DNA of 64,000 nt from an uncultured Chloroflexia bacterium (GTDB lineage Bacteria > Chloroflexota > Limnocylindria > Limnocylindrales > CSP1-4): contig CAVTHS010000011.1 of NCBI GenBank assembly GCA_963734535.1, positions 71,807-135,806 on the forward strand, read 5' to 3'. Both the position numbers and the translations under genes were made by a program. This document shows positions 52,993-63,600 of the stretch, piece after piece (position 1 is the stretch's first letter; each line of letters opens with the position of its first letter). The notes under the pieces were generated by a model. The model was not told the DNA's origin, did no database searches, and was given only the letters and a program-made list of their open reading frames with translations.

Positions 52993-55377
52993 CTACTCGC
53001 CCTCGCCCGCCTTCTTCCCCTGCTTCGGCGAATAGTGCTCATAGACGTGCCTGGTCATGGCGTTCGCGCCGGCGAAGATGACCCGGATCTGCTCGGCCAT
53101 CGCGGGCCAGCTGCCGGCCCACGTCTCGGGACTGCGGAGAATCTGGAGCGATTCGGTGCCGAGGGCGGCGACGAGGTCCGGGTGGCCGCCCATCTGCGGC
53201 GCCCGGGTATCGGCAACCTGGCTGCTGAGGCTTTCGAGGTCGCGCAGCCAGTACTTGGTGTACGAGGTGAGCTTCTGCTCGATCATCGCCTTCGTGGTCG
53301 GGTCGGTCGTCTCGCCGAGCAGCTTCGTGTCGGCGACGAAGTCCTTCGCCCCGAGCGACGCGGCATCCTGGCAGGTGCCGACATACGACCACGCGGCATT
53401 GTGGACATTCTGATCGTTGGCCCACTCGATCATCGCGGCCGCGCCGCGGAGGCCCTCGATCTCTGCGGCAACGATGATCTCGATGCCACCGACCATCGCC
53501 GCGCCGCCCGCACCTGTCGCCAGGCCAGCTGCAAGTCCGCCGAGCGTGCTGGCCGCCTCGCCTGCAGCCTCCGCGATCTTGCCCTGCGAGATCAGGTCGA
53601 CGATCCGGACCACGCTGATCACCACGGTGATCACGGTGGCGACCTTGCCGATCGTCTTCAGGGCGTCGGCGTACTTCGTCATCGACTTGGCGACCGTGCC
53701 CCACTCCTCGGCCGCCTTCTCGAGCCCGAGCAAAGCCAGCCGCTTCTCCTGGGCTTCGGCGAACCGCTTGATGATCTCGGTCGACAAGGAGAGGATTGCC
53801 CGGGCCATGCCGCTCGCCTTGTCCGCGATCTCGGCGATCGTGACGGCCTTGCCGAGCCGGCTTTGTTCCTTGTACTTCTCCAGCTTCTCCGCGATCTCGC
53901 CGGGCGCCTTGACCAGCTCGAAGATCTCGTGCCCGGTCTGCTCGAACTCCTCCTGGCTCAGGACTGCCGAGATCGCGTCCTCCTGGGCGAGCGTGAAGCC
54001 CTTGGCCGCGAGCTTCTCGGCCTCGTTGAGCTCCCTGGCCGCCTCCTTGAAGGCTTCGACCTGGCGAACCTGGTCGGGCGCCTCGAGCTTCGTCTCCTTG
54101 ACTGCGACGCCGTGCGCCTCCGAGTAGACGCCGCCGGTGAAGAGGGTCCGGCCGATGCCATTCAACTTGCCCTGCAGCTCGGCGATGTCGTCCGTGAAGT
54201 GGAGGGTGGAGCGGTCATCCTGGTCGACGAGGAACTTCGACATCCGCCGGAGCGCGAGGCGCAGGTCGCCCTGGGTCGCCGTCCAGAGCGCCAGCGCGTC
54301 CGACGCCGACCCTGTTGAGTCGGTCCGCGTCAGGATGAACGCGGTGCGCATCTTCTCGAGCATCTCGCGGTGCTGTGGCGTGAGGTGCTGCCCGAACTGG
54401 ACGCCGCCCAGGTCGGCACGCTGCTTCTGGTTCGTCTCGGCGAGGTTCAGGGGGACGACCGCGTCCGTCTTGTCCACGCTCTGCTGCTCGAGGACGTAGA
54501 GAAGGCGGTTGATCCCGTTCAGGAGGTCGACGTAGTCGTCGGGCGTCTCCACCTGCGACGCGCCCCGGCGCGGCGCGTGGACGTGCATCTCGCCGATGGC
54601 CGACAGGTTGTTGGTGACGGTGGCCAGGAAGTCGGCCGAGACGCCGAGCTTCCTGGCGTGATCGACTGCCTCGCGCATCCGCCGGTCGAGCGAGGGCCAT
54701 GCGGCGATCGCCGCGCGCCGCGACTCCGCCGACCTCTCCTGGGCCTGGATCAGCGCCGCCTGGATCCGGTCGAGCAGGTTGCGGTGGACGGGGCTAAGGT
54801 CGGGGCCGAAATGCACGCTATCGAGGCGTCGGCCGCCATCATTCACCGCGGCGCCGGCCAGGTCCTCGAAGCCGTTCAGCAGGTCGACGATGTCGTTGCG
54901 ATCCTTCGCCTGGGTCTGCTGATGGCCCGCAGCGGCGGGCGCCCGCTGGACGCTGGCCGCCGGGGAGCTCGACCGTCTGCCGCGCGAGTCCCGGGCGACG
55001 GCGCGGCCCGGCCCGCCCGCCTGGGCCTGCGACCCGTCCTGACCCAGGGACCCGGCGGCCTGAGGCTCGAGGGGCGTGGCCGCTGCTTCGCGGCCGGCCG
55101 AACGCGCTTCCAGCATCGCGGCCGCGACCGCCCGATTGCCGGCGTCGCGCTGGAGGGCGAGCACATCGGTCTCGGATAGTCCGGCGGCATCAACCGATCC
55201 GCTCGCCCCGACCGCGCGTCCGTTCAGCAGGGCACGCGGGTCGGCGACCCGCGGCCGCGGCCGTCCGGCGCCGACGGCGGGATGGGCGCGCCGCGGCTGG
55301 GACCGCGCCCGCTCAGGCATGCACGGGTCGCGGCTTCCTGGTCCCCATCGCGGGATCCTCCACCCTTCGCCCGCCAC
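52993..55377 (-). CDS. large helical protein with an N-terminal LQRxAGNxAV leader-like motif and a C-terminal glycine-zipper hydrophobic hairpin; candidate secreted or membrane-active effector
   Basis: The intact 794-aa ORF may instead start at Met20, position 55320. The N-terminal motif is DVLALQRDAGNRAVAAAML. An internal duplicated module is present (DIVDLLNGFEDL ... VHFGPDLSPVHRNLLDRIQAALIQA versus DYVDLLNGINRL ... VQFGQHLTPQHREMLEKMRTAFILT). A Lys/Glu-rich coiled region follows. The C-terminal part is KVATVITVVISVVRIVDLISQGKIAEAAGEAASTLGGLAAGLATGAGGAAMVGGIEIIVAAEI. Confidence 0.75.
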   Translation of the reverse strand: MAGEGWRIPRWGPGSRDPCMPERARSQPRRAHPAVGAGRPRPRVADPRALLNGRAVGASGSVDAAGLSETDVLALQRDAGNRAVAAAMLEARSAGREAAATPLEPQAAGSLGQDGSQAQAGGPGRAVARDSRGRRSSSPAASVQRAPAAAGHQQTQAKDRNDIVDLLNGFEDLAGAAVNDGGRRLDSVHFGPDLSPVHRNLLDRIQAALIQAQERSAESRRAAIAAWPSLDRRMREAVDHARKLGVSADFLATVTNNLSAIGEMHVHAPRRGASQVETPDDYVDLLNGINRLLYVLEQQSVDKTDAVVPLNLAETNQKQRADLGGVQFGQHLTPQHREMLEKMRTAFILTRTDSTGSASDALALWTATQGDLRLALRRMSKFLVDQDDRSTLHFTDDIAELQGKLNGIGRTLFTGGVYSEAHGVAVKETKLEAPDQVRQVEAFKEAARELNEAEKLAAKGFTLAQEDAISAVLSQEEFEQTGHEIFELVKAPGEIAEKLEKYKEQSRLGKAVTIAEIADKASGMARAILSLSTEIIKRFAEAQEKRLALLGLEKAAEEWGTVAKSMTKYADALKTIGKVATVITVVISVVRIVDLISQGKIAEAAGEAASTLGGLAAGLATGAGGAAMVGGIEIIVAAEIEGLRGAAAMIEWANDQNVHNAAWSYVGTCQDAASLGAKDFVADTKLLGETTDPTTKAMIEQKLTSYTKYWLRDLESLSSQVADTRAPQMGGHPDLVAALGTESLQILRSPETWAGSWPAMAEQIRVIFAGANAMTRHVYEHYSPKQGKKAGEGE

Positions 55378-55511
55378 GGGGCAGATCGTCGCGGGCCGCC
55401 GTTCGGGCAGGCTTGTGTGCGCGTTCGGGCACGAGCGTTCCGGCCGGCGCGCCCGGGAGGCGCTCCGCTGCGCGTCTCAGCTGTCCCTCCGGGCAGAGGG
55501 AGGTCCGGAGC

Positions 55512-58500
55512 TCATTTGAACCTGAAGACCGCGACGTGGTCCGAACCGTCGGACAGCCTGAGGTCGAACTGGCGGCAGGTGCCCGCCCACGACTTGGACG
55601 TCTTCCAGGCATAGAGGTACTGGTTCACGGGGGCGCCCACGTAGACGAGGAAGTTGCGGGGGATCGGGATGAGCGCGGGGACGGTGTTCGTCGCGACGCC
55701 CGTCGGGCAGGCGACCGCGATCACGACCGGCGAACCGGCAGCGAGGATGCCCAGCCCGCGGTTGCCCCCGAGGGCGAACCGGATGGGGACGGCGGAGCCT
55801 GCCGTCGCGAGATTGAGCGTCGGCGGATCCTTGACCGGGATCAGGAAGCCGCTGAATGGCCACCGGATCGAGAGCGTCGCCTGCCCGTGAGCCGGCGCGT
55901 AGCCGACGTCCGAGGGGGCCAGGTTGACCGGCGCGGGTACGCCATTGAAGTACGCGTCGACGCTGTAGCTCCCGGCCGGGAGGCTTCCGAGCGTCGAGGC
56001 AGGGACGACGACCCGGCCGAGCGGGTCGGTCCTCCCGGTGACCACGCTGGTGACCCCCGTGTTCACCGCGCCGGTGCCCGTGAAGATGACGAAGACGGAC
56101 CGCTGGGCGAGGGCGGCCGGAGGCGTGCCGGCGTTCAGGGTCGCGACGACGGAGAGCGCGCCGCCGAACGCCTGGCTTCCGAGCGTGCCGGACAGGGCCA
56201 GGCTCGTGGGTTGCGCCGTGACGGACACGCTGGCCGTCGCGCCCGACGGCGCATCGGCGCCATCCCCGGCAAAGCTGGCCGTGACCTGGTACGAACCCGG
56301 AGTGAGCGAGGCCAGGAGCGTCACGCTCGCCGTGCCGTTGGCGTCGGTGATCGCCGGCATCAGGGCGGACCCGATCCCGATCCGGACGAGCTTGCCGGCG
56401 AGCGGGTTCCCGCCCGCGGAGAGGCTGGCCGTGACCGTGACGCTGCTGCCGTAGGCGACGCTCGTGGGCGGCCCGGAAGGGAACCCGGTCACCGTGGCTG
56501 CAGGCGTCGTGGTCGTGCCCGTCGGAGCGCCCGGGATCGACCCGGGATGGTAGTAGGCACCGACGTTCGCGTCGAGCGTGACGCGGCCGTCGCCGTTCGC
56601 CGCCTGCACCATGAAGGCCACGCTGCCCGGGTCGGCGCCGGTCGGCAGCTGGGCGGTGCCGGTCCAGAGCGACGGATCGACTGCGTCCTGGGTCAGGTCG
56701 ACGGAATGCCACGTGCCCTGCTGGCCGATCACCGGTGGGATCGTCCACGTCGCCCAGACGGCCTGGATCCCCGCGGTCGGGTCACCGATGGCGCGTGCCT
56801 TGAACGTGAGCACGCCCGTCCCGGCGTCGAAGCTCGTATCGACCCCGGTGATCGTCGGTGGGGAGGCAAGCGCCGCCGCGCTGAGGTCGTTGCTGTAGAA
56901 GAGCCGGAAGTCCATGTTCGAGAACTGGCGGCGCGTGCTCGTGAGGGGGTTGGTGTCCGAGACGTGCTGGACGGGCGTGACCTGCAGGCGCGTGACCCCC
57001 GCGCCGCCGATCGCGTCGAACGAGTTGACCGACCACGGCTCGACCGGGAAGAGCACGTCCGTGAAGAACGGCGCGTGGATGCCGCGCAGTTCCGTGGCGG
57101 GAGCGGCCGTGAGCGGGGTCACGCCGCTCGTCTCCGTGTAGGTGCCCCCGCGAAAGCCGGCGCCGCGCAGGAGATAGCCGGCGCTCGGCGAGGTGACGTT
57201 GGCGCTCACGAGGGGAAGGATCGGCTGCATCGGGCGCAGCACGACGCTGCCGTCGGGTGGGGCCAGGTAGGTGGCGATCGGACCCGCCGTGAGGTCGGGG
57301 TTCGTGAGCTGGAGGCTGTTGGACGCAAGCGCCGCCGTGACGCTGGTGTCGGCCGTGGCGAGACCCAGCGCGCTGCCGGGAGTCCCGGTCGCGACCGGAG
57401 CGATCGAGGCGATGGTGCTCGAATCGGGCGCCTGGTAGATCCGCCCCTGCGGCAGGTTGACGCCGAGCATGGGCAGCCCGAAGAGCGTCGACTCGAGGAG
57501 CGCCTTCTCGTCGAGCGCGGTCAGCGAGGGCGTGGTCGCCAGGTAGACGCGCTTGGAGCGAACCAGCGCATCGCCGACCGCGACCGGGGTCGGCTGACCC
57601 TGCGGGTCGGTGGTCACCAGGAGCTGCCGCGAGAACTCGGCGTAGATCCGCTCGCTGTAGGCGAGGAAGTCGGTGTCGCCGTACTGGTAGCCAGTCCCGG
57701 CGATGAGCGTCGCCTTCCTGCCCGCGAATGCCTGCGCCCAGTCCATCGGCTGGGTCACGTTGGGGATCGCGTCGCGGTTGACGATGTTGTAGCCGGAATG
57801 GCAGCCGGCGCTGAAGACGATCGCGTTCGTGAAGTCCGTGGCCGACGCACCGAGCTCGGTCGAGAGGACGTTCGTCGCGTAGTCGGCCGCCAGCGCGTCG
57901 TTGGCGCTGAAGTGCCCGGCCAGGAAGATGAGGTCGTGCCGCCCGGACTGCAGCAGGGCCCTGCGGAGGTCGGCGCCGGTCCACGAGTGGAGTCGGTCGG
58001 GGGTTCCGTTCACGGTCACCAGGCCGGGTGCCACGCCCTCGTTCGTGATCAGCGTCGCGTTCCCGGTGCCGCCGATGCCGGCTCGGAGGTTGGACGCGAC
58101 GGCGTCCGCGGCATCCTGGAGGAAGTCGTAGCCGGTCACGAGCGAGGTCGTCGGGGTCGCCACGACGCCGTTGGTCGAGCCCGTTGTAGGCATCGAGCAT
58201 GCCGCCGATCTCGGCGGGCGTCTCGATGAGCCGGCCGACCGCGAGGTCCGGCACGGGGAACTGCGCGCCCAGCACCGAGACCTGGTCCTTGGTCCCGTAG
58301 GCGTCCTGGTTGAGGACGTAGCCGAGCCGCAGGCTCGCCTGCGACGCGCTGGCGTCGAGCACGGGCGGGGTATACAGCGTCTCGTTGCCCAGGAGCGCGG
58401 GATCCGGGTAGCGGAAGAAGGGGATCACCCCGTCGCTGCCGACGACCACCACGTACCGGACGGGATTGTCGGCGCGGTAGGCGTCGACGATCCGCTTGAT

Positions 58501-60473
58501 GGCCGATGCGACAAGGTTCTTGGCGTACGGACAGCTGGCGTGCGCGTCGGCCTGGGAGTTGAGTGAGGCGACGGTCGCGTCGGCGCTCACGTCGACGATC
58601 GCGCCGTTGACCTTCGCGCTGAACGTGGCCAGCTTGCCGGCGAGCGTGGCATCGATCGTCATCCGGTGGCTGTCCGTGAGGATGACCGTGCCGACGCTGC
58701 CCGCCGGCGCGACGGGGCTGCTGGCCTGGTCAGAGACGCCGACGCAGGGGCTGCCCTCGCGCGTGACCGCCAGCGAGAACGCATGGGATGGATCGAACGC
58801 GCCGTTCTTGCCCTGGACGCGGACATACACGAAGCCCGTGTTGTTCCAGGTGTTGACGGAGACGCTCTCAGACGGCCAGCCCCGTCCCGGCCGAGACCGC
58901 GAGCAGGCTCGCGGTCTGGGCGCTCGTGAAGATCTTCGGGTCGTTCGGGAACGAGCCGCTCCATTGCGAGGGGCTCCACTGCGAGGGTGACCACTGCGAG
59001 GGCGACCACTGCGACGGGCTCCACTGGGACGGACTCCACTGCGACGGCGACCACTGGGAGGGCGACCACTGCGACGGTGCCCACTGCGAGGCGCTCCACT
59101 GCGACGGCGCACCACTGCGACGGGCTCCACTGGGACGGGCTGAAGCCGGCCGTGTTCAGGGTCGGGTTCCAGTTGGTGGGATCCCACGCCGAGGGGTTGT
59201 ACTGCGACGTGTTGAAGGCATCGCCGGGCGCGCTGGCGTCCTGCTTGGCGAGGTCCGTCAGCGCCAGCGATGGGCCGGTCGTGGAGGTCGCGCCGGCGGT
59301 CAACGCGTCGTAGGCGGCCCCGATGTCGCTGAAGACGATGAGGTCGTAGTCGGCGGGCAGCTGGGACAGCGTGATGTCGACGCGCCCGTTGGGCAGGATC
59401 GGCACCTTGAACCAGCGCGCCTCGCCCTGGTTCTGGAGGTAGCCGGACGCCGGTCGCCTGGCCGTTCGTGTCGAGCGAAAGCGGTGTCGCGGTCGGCCAG
59501 GAGGTGTTGTTCGGCTCGACGCGGACGCAGTTCGAGAACGCCGATGGAGAGCCGCCCGGGACGTTCGCCTGCGCGCGGACATAGGTGCCCTCGACGAGCG
59601 TCGGGAAGTCCAGGGCGAACGCCGCGATCCCGTTCGAATTCGTGGTGATCAAGCTCGGGGTCGGGTTGAGCAGTGCCGGTTCCGGGTCGCCGCAGGTGGC
59701 GCTCGTGTAGAAGGTCAGCTGGTAGGCCGTCCCGGCCGGGACGCTGTCCTTCACAAGGCCGGCGATGCCGCCGTTCGGGACGGCGCCGAAGAGGACCGGC
59801 GCTGGCGCCTGGGTCGCCGGTGTCACCGACACGTTGTCGAGGGCGATCCCGTATGGAGCTGCTGGCCGCGTCCGTCGACACGAACGCCAGACGCGAGGTC
59901 GTCCCGGTCGCCACGACCGTCACCTGGCCGTGCGTCCACCCCATGGTGGTCGACGAGGATCCAGAGGTGTGGTCGACATGAAGCGGCGTCGACGCTCCCC
60001 ACTCGACATCCATTCCGGCTGGTCCATCGGCGCTGGGACGCTCGAAGTTGGCGGTATAGTCAAAGGAGACGAGGTACGCTTGTCCGGGGATCGTCGTGAA
60101 GACCTGGGAGATTGTCCCCGCGATCCTCTCGTTCGCGTCCGGACGCGCTGCCGTCGAGGTCGATCGACTGGGAACCCTCCGATGGCGACCAGTACCCCTT
60201 GATGAGGTCGACCGAGCCGCTGTCGAGCGACCACCCCGTGATGCCGGGCGCCGGAGAAACGAAGGTGTCGAACGTCGAAGCGTTGACGACGGGCGGCAGC
60301 TCGAAGCCACCGTTCGTGACGAGGTTGCTCAGGGTCGGCGCGAGGCTCGTGAAGACCGAGCTACCGGTCGCGACGGAGACCGATGCGACGCCAGGGAGGC
60401 CGCTGACCGCGAGCGCAACCGCGGCTGCCAGGCCAGGCCAACGCGACGAACGCGTGCGCGAGTGCCCCCTCAC
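55512..60473 (-). pseudogene. secreted multidomain protein of about 1650 aa (signal peptide, DUF642-like, PPC-like, SPSQW repeats, clan-CD-like His/Cys module, Ig-like repeats, PxKF-like C-terminus), six +1 frame changes as assembled
   Basis: The GTG at 60473 opens VRGHSRTRSSRWPGLAAAVALAVSGLPGVASVSVA.
- DUF642-like: NGGFELPP ... ITGWSL ... GSVDLIKGYW ... QSIDLDGS ... ISQVFTTIPGQAYLVSFDY ... YGIALDNVSV.
- PPC-like: GEARWFKVPILPNGRVDITLSQLPADYDLIVFSD.
- (SPSQW)12 repeats.
- His/Cys module: DLIFLAGHFSAN and IVFSAGCHSGYN, about 40 aa apart.
- Ig-like: TVTASLSAGGNPLAGKLV ... YQVTASFAGD.
- C-terminus: LNLATAGSAVPIRFAL ... YLYAWKTSKSWAGTCRQFDLRLSDGSDHVAVFRFK.
The frame changes are near 60145, 59854, 59450, 59111, 58880 and 58180. 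Confidence 0.75.
58961..59141. repeat. 15-bp imperfect tandem repeat x12 encoding (S/A)(P/A)SQW on the minus strand
   Basis: The plus-strand units read CCACTGCGAGGGCGA-like. One unit (59096-59111) is 16 bp long, and that is where the reading frame changes. Confidence 0.9.
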
Positions 60474-60630
60474 CGGATCCCCCCTGATCTCGAGGCCGAT
60501 GCCTCGTCCCACTCGGTCGCGGCGACCAGCGTCCCGGAACCACCCCCCGGAACTCGGCACAGTACGCAGATTCGCAACGCGCGGCAATACCCAAATCGCA
60601 GTGGCCGCGGGCGCGTCTCAGCCGCACGTC

Positions 60631-63600
60631 TCAGAGGAAGGCGAGCGCCTCCTCGATCGCGGCCTCGAGCCCGAGCCGCCGCCCCGCGGCCCACGGCTCG
60701 GCCGCGTCCGGGCCGAGCGCGTCGCGCGATGCACGCAGCTGGCCGTCGAGCTCCTGCTGGTCGGCCGGACCGCGCGGCGCCCCGATCTCGTCGCGGACAG
60801 CCGCGCCGGCCCCCGCCAGTCGCAGGGCAACCTCATGCTGCTCGAGCAGCGTCGCGAGCACCGCGACGTCCTCCAGCATGAACGCCAGCGCCCACTTGTC
60901 TCCGTGCTCGCGGTAGGTCAGCAGCGCTCGCCGGAACAGGTTCCGCGTCGCCCTGTAGTCGCGTTGGGAGCGTGTCAGGAGGCCGAGGTTGTGCTCGCCG
61001 AGCGCGATCATCCACGGATCTCCCGTCTCGCGGCGCAGGCGCAGGCTCTCCTCCTGGCAGTCGCGCGCTTCGCTCACGTTCCCTTTCAACAGGAGCACGT
61101 TGCCCAGGTTCATCAGCGAGATCGCGATCGCGCCCTTGTCGCCGGCCTCGACCCGGAGGCCAAGGCCCTCCTCGTGGAGCGCCCACGATCGGTCGTAGTC
61201 CCCGTCGTATTCGGCCATGATCCCGAGGTTGGAGAGGAGCGCCCCCATGGCTGCCTTGTCCCCGAGCTCGCGACGGATCTCGAGGCTCGCCTCGAGGAGC
61301 GAGCGGGCCGTCACGAAGTCGCCGCGCGTCGCCGCCACCGTCCCCTGGACCTGGGTCACGCGGCCCAGGCCGACGCGGTCGCCGAGCAGCTCGAAGCGCT
61401 CGCGAGCCGCGGTCAGCCAGCTCGACGCCTCGTCGTATTCGCCGCGCTTCCGGGCAAGGTCGGCCAGCGCGACGTCAGTCCAGGCAGTCGCCGACGGGTC
61501 CGCCGTGCCGTCCGCAAGCGCGAGCGCGTCCCGGTACGCGCGGCCGGCTCCGGGCCAGTCACCGGCCACCTCCAGCGCCTCGCCGAGGCGGCGCGTGACC
61601 TCCCAGCGGTCCACGCCTTCGAGGAGGGGCGCTGCGCGCTCGAAGTAGCTGATCGCGGCGGCATTCGCGTACGTCGCCTGGGCCGCCTTCCCGGCCCTCA
61701 CCAGGTACTCGCGCTTCTTGGCCGGGTTGTCGCCGTGCCAGTAGTGGTGGGCCAGCAGGTCCAGGTTCCGGTCGATCGCCTCGGGCTCGCTCTCCTCCAC
61801 GTGCCTGCCCACTCGTCCGTGGAGCGACGCCCGGATCTCGAACGGGAGGCTCTCATAGGCGACCTCCTGGGTGACGACGTGCTTGAACAGGTACGAGTCG
61901 TCGGCCTCGACGTCGAGGTGGACCAGCTCGGCCTCGCGCAGGCGCACCAGGTGGTCGCGCACGTCCGCAAGATCACCGAGCTCGGGGTGGACGCTCGGCA
62001 GCCACGCGGCGCGGAACAGGCGCCCGATCACGCTCGCGACCTTGAGCGTCCGGCGCGGAGACTCCGCGAGCGCGTCGATGCGGCTCAGGATCAGGCTCTG
62101 GAGGCTGTCCGGCAGCTCGAGCGCGCCGAGCGCGACCGTGTCGCTCGGATCGATCCCCTGGGCCCGGATGTAGGTCAGCAGCTCCTCGACGTAGAACGGG
62201 TTGCCCTGCGAACGGGCCGTCACGAGCTCCACGAGCGAGTCGGCGGCATCGACGCTGCCCCCGGACTCCTGCTCGAGCTTGGCGCGGATGAGCAGCGCAG
62301 CGTCGGCGCGGTCGAGCTCCGAGAGGGCGATCTCGGAGAAGCCGGCGAGTCGCTCGATCCCGAGCGTGGCGCCGGGCAACGTGGCCGGGCGCATGGCTAC
62401 GACGAGGAGCACGTGGAGCGTGGGGCAGGCGCGGGCGAGCGCCACGAGCAGGTCCCGGGAGAGCGGGTCGAGCCAGTGGCAATCCTCGAGGACGAGCACG
62501 AGCGGGTGGCGAGCGGCTCGAGCCTGGAGGCAGGCCACGAGCAGGCTCTCGAGCGACGCCTTGCGGACCTTCGCGTCGAAGGGCCGCGTGAGATCGTTAT
62601 CGGGGATCTCGATGTCGAGGACCACGTCGAGGAGGGGCGCCCTCGCCACGAGGGATGGGTCGATCGAGGCCAGCTCCAGCTCCAGCTCGCGGACACGTTC
62701 GGTTGGCGGCTTCTCGAGGTGGACGTGCAGCAGCCGACGCCACACCTCCCGCCATGGGAAGTAGCTGGTGTTCGCCCCGTAGGCCTGACATTCCCCGGTG
62801 GCAACCATCACGCCGCCCCGGCGCGCATCACGGACCAGCTCCGCGACGAGGCGCGACTTGCCGAGCCCGGCCTCGGCGGTGATCGCGATGATGCGCCCGG
62901 TTCCCGCCGCCGCCTCGTCGAGCCGCGCACGGAGCGCCTCGACCTCCGAAGCGCGACCGAACATGGGGAGGCGGTACCGCGTGCGACGCGTCCTCCCCTC
63001 GCGAGCCCCCGTGAGCGAGAACGCCGTGACGGGCGCGGACTTGCCCTTCACGGACAGCGGTCCCAACGGCTCCCATGAGAACGCCTCGCCGGCCGCGTTC
63101 CGGACCGCCTCGGAGGCGTAGACGCGGCCGGCCGGCGCCGCCGACATCAGGCGGGCCGCCAGGTTGACGGCGTCGCCGAGGCACACGAACGTGCGCCGCA
63201 TCGAATGGCCGTACGTGCCGCTCCGGAGCTGGCCGTGGGCGATCCCCACCTGGATCCCGGTCACAGCCGTGGCGCCCTCCAGGTCGAGGAGCGCAAGTGC
63301 CGCGGCGGCGGCCCGGGCGGCGTCGTCCTCGTGCGCGATCGGCGAGCCGAAGACGCCGTAGAGGTAGGCGCCCTTGTCCCCGAGCGTGAGCTGGAGGGCC
63401 GTGCCTCCGAACCCCCGCAGGATCCGCTGGGCGCCGCTCACGAACGCGTCGAGCTTCGCGATCGCCTCGTCATCGGCGTCATAGTCGATGCCCCCGAACC
63501 GCAGGAACAGCGGAAACGCCGCCCGCAGCTCGGCGAGGAGCTCGCCGTGACCCGCCCGCAGGCGCTCGTAGACCGCCGGAAGGATCCAGGGACGAACCTG

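Noticed and set aside
52993-55377. Calling this an extracellular contractile injection system (eCIS) effector.
   Set aside because: No sheath, tube, baseplate or AAA+ eCIS genes are present anywhere in the window, and the DUF4157 metallopeptidase core is absent. Only the short leader-type motif supports the link.
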